Below are positions 62,666 to 64,000 of a stretch of DNA of 64,000 bases, piece after piece. The stretch lies in the NCBI GenBank assembly GCA_963737655.1, contig CAVTTN010000002.1, positions 7,040,001-7,104,000 on the forward strand, in the 5' to 3' direction. Below the pieces are notes generated by a model that searched no databases, was not told where the DNA came from, and was given only the letters and a program-made list of their open reading frames with translations. Position numbers and translations under genes: made by a program. Position 1 is the first letter of the stretch. Each line of letters begins with the position of its first letter. The DNA is from an uncultured Planctomycetota bacterium (GTDB lineage: Bacteria; Planctomycetota; Planctomycetia; Isosphaerales; Isosphaeraceae).

Positions 62666-62811
62666 ATTTATCATATCTAAATTAAATCAATGTCAAGGCC
62701 GCTTCGATTGAACCCGGAAGCGCGGAAGGCCGATCATAAGCGTGAGCTGGGCCGCTTCCGGGGCAGGATGCCCCCGGCGGCCCGGAGCCCTCTCCAGGGA
62801 GGCGGACCGCC

Positions 62812-64000
62812 ATGAGGACGCTGGCGGACCTCGCGAGGATGGCGGTCCCGGGCCTGCTGCTGGCGCCGGCCCTGGCCGCCCCGTGCTCGGCCCAGGACAC
62901 CGGATTCCCCCTCCGCTCGCCCGAGGCGCCCTGCGCCTCGTCGCTGCCGCCGGCCCTCCCGGGCCGCGAGCCGGGGGCGCCTCCCGAAGTACGGCCCTCC
63001 CCGCTGTCGGACCGCCCGGCCCTGCCGGCGTCTCCGACCGAGCCCGAGGAGATCCGCCTGCCGATCAACCTCGCCGCCGCGCTGAAGCTCTCCGACGCCC
63101 GACCCCTGGTCGTGGCCACGGCGCAGGCCCGGGTCTGGATCGCCGAGGCCGAGCTCACCCGCGCGAAGGTCCTGTGGGTGCCGATGCTCAACATCGGCTT
63201 CGACTACATCCGCCACGACGGCGGGGGCCCCGACTTCAACCGGGGCATCATGACCAACCCGAGCACGAACTTCTTCTACGGGGGGGCCGGCCTCTACGGA
63301 CCGCCCCTCGGGACGATCGACACCACCAACGCGATCTTCATGCCCCTGGCGGCGCGACGGAACCTTGACTCGCAGCACTATCAGATCCAGGCGGCGAAGA
63401 ACGACGCGTTGATGGAGACGGCCGACGCGTACTTCGCGGTCCACCGGGCGCGGGGGACGTACGCCGCGGCGCTGTACACCGTCGGCCGGGCGCGCTCGGT
63501 GGCCCAGCGGATCGCCGGTCTGAGCCGGGACCTGGCGCAGCCGTTCGAGGTGGACCGGGCGAGGAACATGCTGGCGGACCTGGAGCAGCAGGCGGTCTCG
63601 GCGCGCCAGGACTGGCGGGTGGACAGCGCGCGGCTGACGCGGGTGCTGCGGCTGGACCCCCGGGCGGTGGTCGAGCCGCTGGAGCGCGACCACCTGCAGG
63701 TGACGCTGGTCGACCCGTCGCGGCGGCTCGACGAGCTGATGGCCGTCGCCCTGGACAACCGCCCCGAGATCCGGGCGCGAGGCGCCGAGGTCTCGGCGGC
63801 CGAGATCAACATCCGCCGCGAGAAGGCCCGGCCGTTCATCCCGGGCATCGTGGTCAACGGGTTCCAGACCCCGTTCGAGATGATCCAGGGCGGGATCTTC
63901 GGCCTCGGCCAGAACAAGAGCCTGAACCAGTGGCGGGGCCGGGACGACATCAGCATCCAGCCGCTCTGGCAGCTCGACAGCCTCTATCTCGGCAACCTCG
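62812..64000 (+). CDS. TolC-family outer membrane factor, runs off the right edge
   Basis: Manual translation: signal peptide, LPINLAAALKLSDARPL, YIRHDG, ADAYF.V..A, ALDNRPE; follows RND/MFP. Confidence 0.85.
   Translation, partial: MRTLADLARMAVPGLLLAPALAAPCSAQDTGFPLRSPEAPCASSLPPALPGREPGAPPEVRPSPLSDRPALPASPTEPEEIRLPINLAAALKLSDARPLVVATAQARVWIAEAELTRAKVLWVPMLNIGFDYIRHDGGGPDFNRGIMTNPSTNFFYGGAGLYGPPLGTIDTTNAIFMPLAARRNLDSQHYQIQAAKNDALMETADAYFAVHRARGTYAAALYTVGRARSVAQRIAGLSRDLAQPFEVDRARNMLADLEQQAVSARQDWRVDSARLTRVLRLDPRAVVEPLERDHLQVTLVDPSRRLDELMAVALDNRPEIRARGAEVSAAEINIRREKARPFIPGIVVNGFQTPFEMIQGGIFGLGQNKSLNQWRGRDDISIQPLWQLDSLYLGNL

Noticed and set aside
347..63956. Many long antisense or alternate-frame ORFs (e.g. 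347-2587, 37250-40561, 40761-45293, 56396-59626)
   Set aside because: Shadow ORFs of high-GC coding DNA; Arg/Gly/Pro-rich with no motifs; they overlap well-supported genes

Overview
GC-rich bacterial chromosome segment, almost certainly from a planctomycete and probably Isosphaeraceae-like. Evidence: DUF1559, DUF1501, DUF1549/DUF1553, cytochrome-c/WD40 and LEPR-xLL proteins. Left to right: rluE; a DUF4139 protein; an ABC-ATPase + DUF3226(TOPRIM) candidate defence pair; a membrane P-loop NTPase; modA-DUF1559-modB-modC; a MacB/LolD-type ABC pair; a 17-kb minus-strand run (GH-like protein, nitrilase-fold orphan, GT87-like, quinone reductase, FG-GAP propeller, Tat-exported Csp, DUF1549/DUF1501/WD40/PPC cluster); a PLD enzyme; an MFP plus two RND permeases that carry unusual low-complexity insertions at the funnel tip and extra TM hairpins; a ~2100-aa beta-helix/17x Ig adhesin; and an M28 peptidase. 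A tRNA-His 3' fragment at ~49960-50000 marks the edge of a probable integrated island. The island holds an IS701, a wrecked type III R-M system with a RAYT/REP cassette between res and mod, and possibly the following small PLRC-ending ORF + RND-MFP-TPR-TolC operon. About ten single-base frameshifts sit at short G/C runs and look like long-read errors rather than biology. All family calls come from motif recognition by eye; no searches were run.
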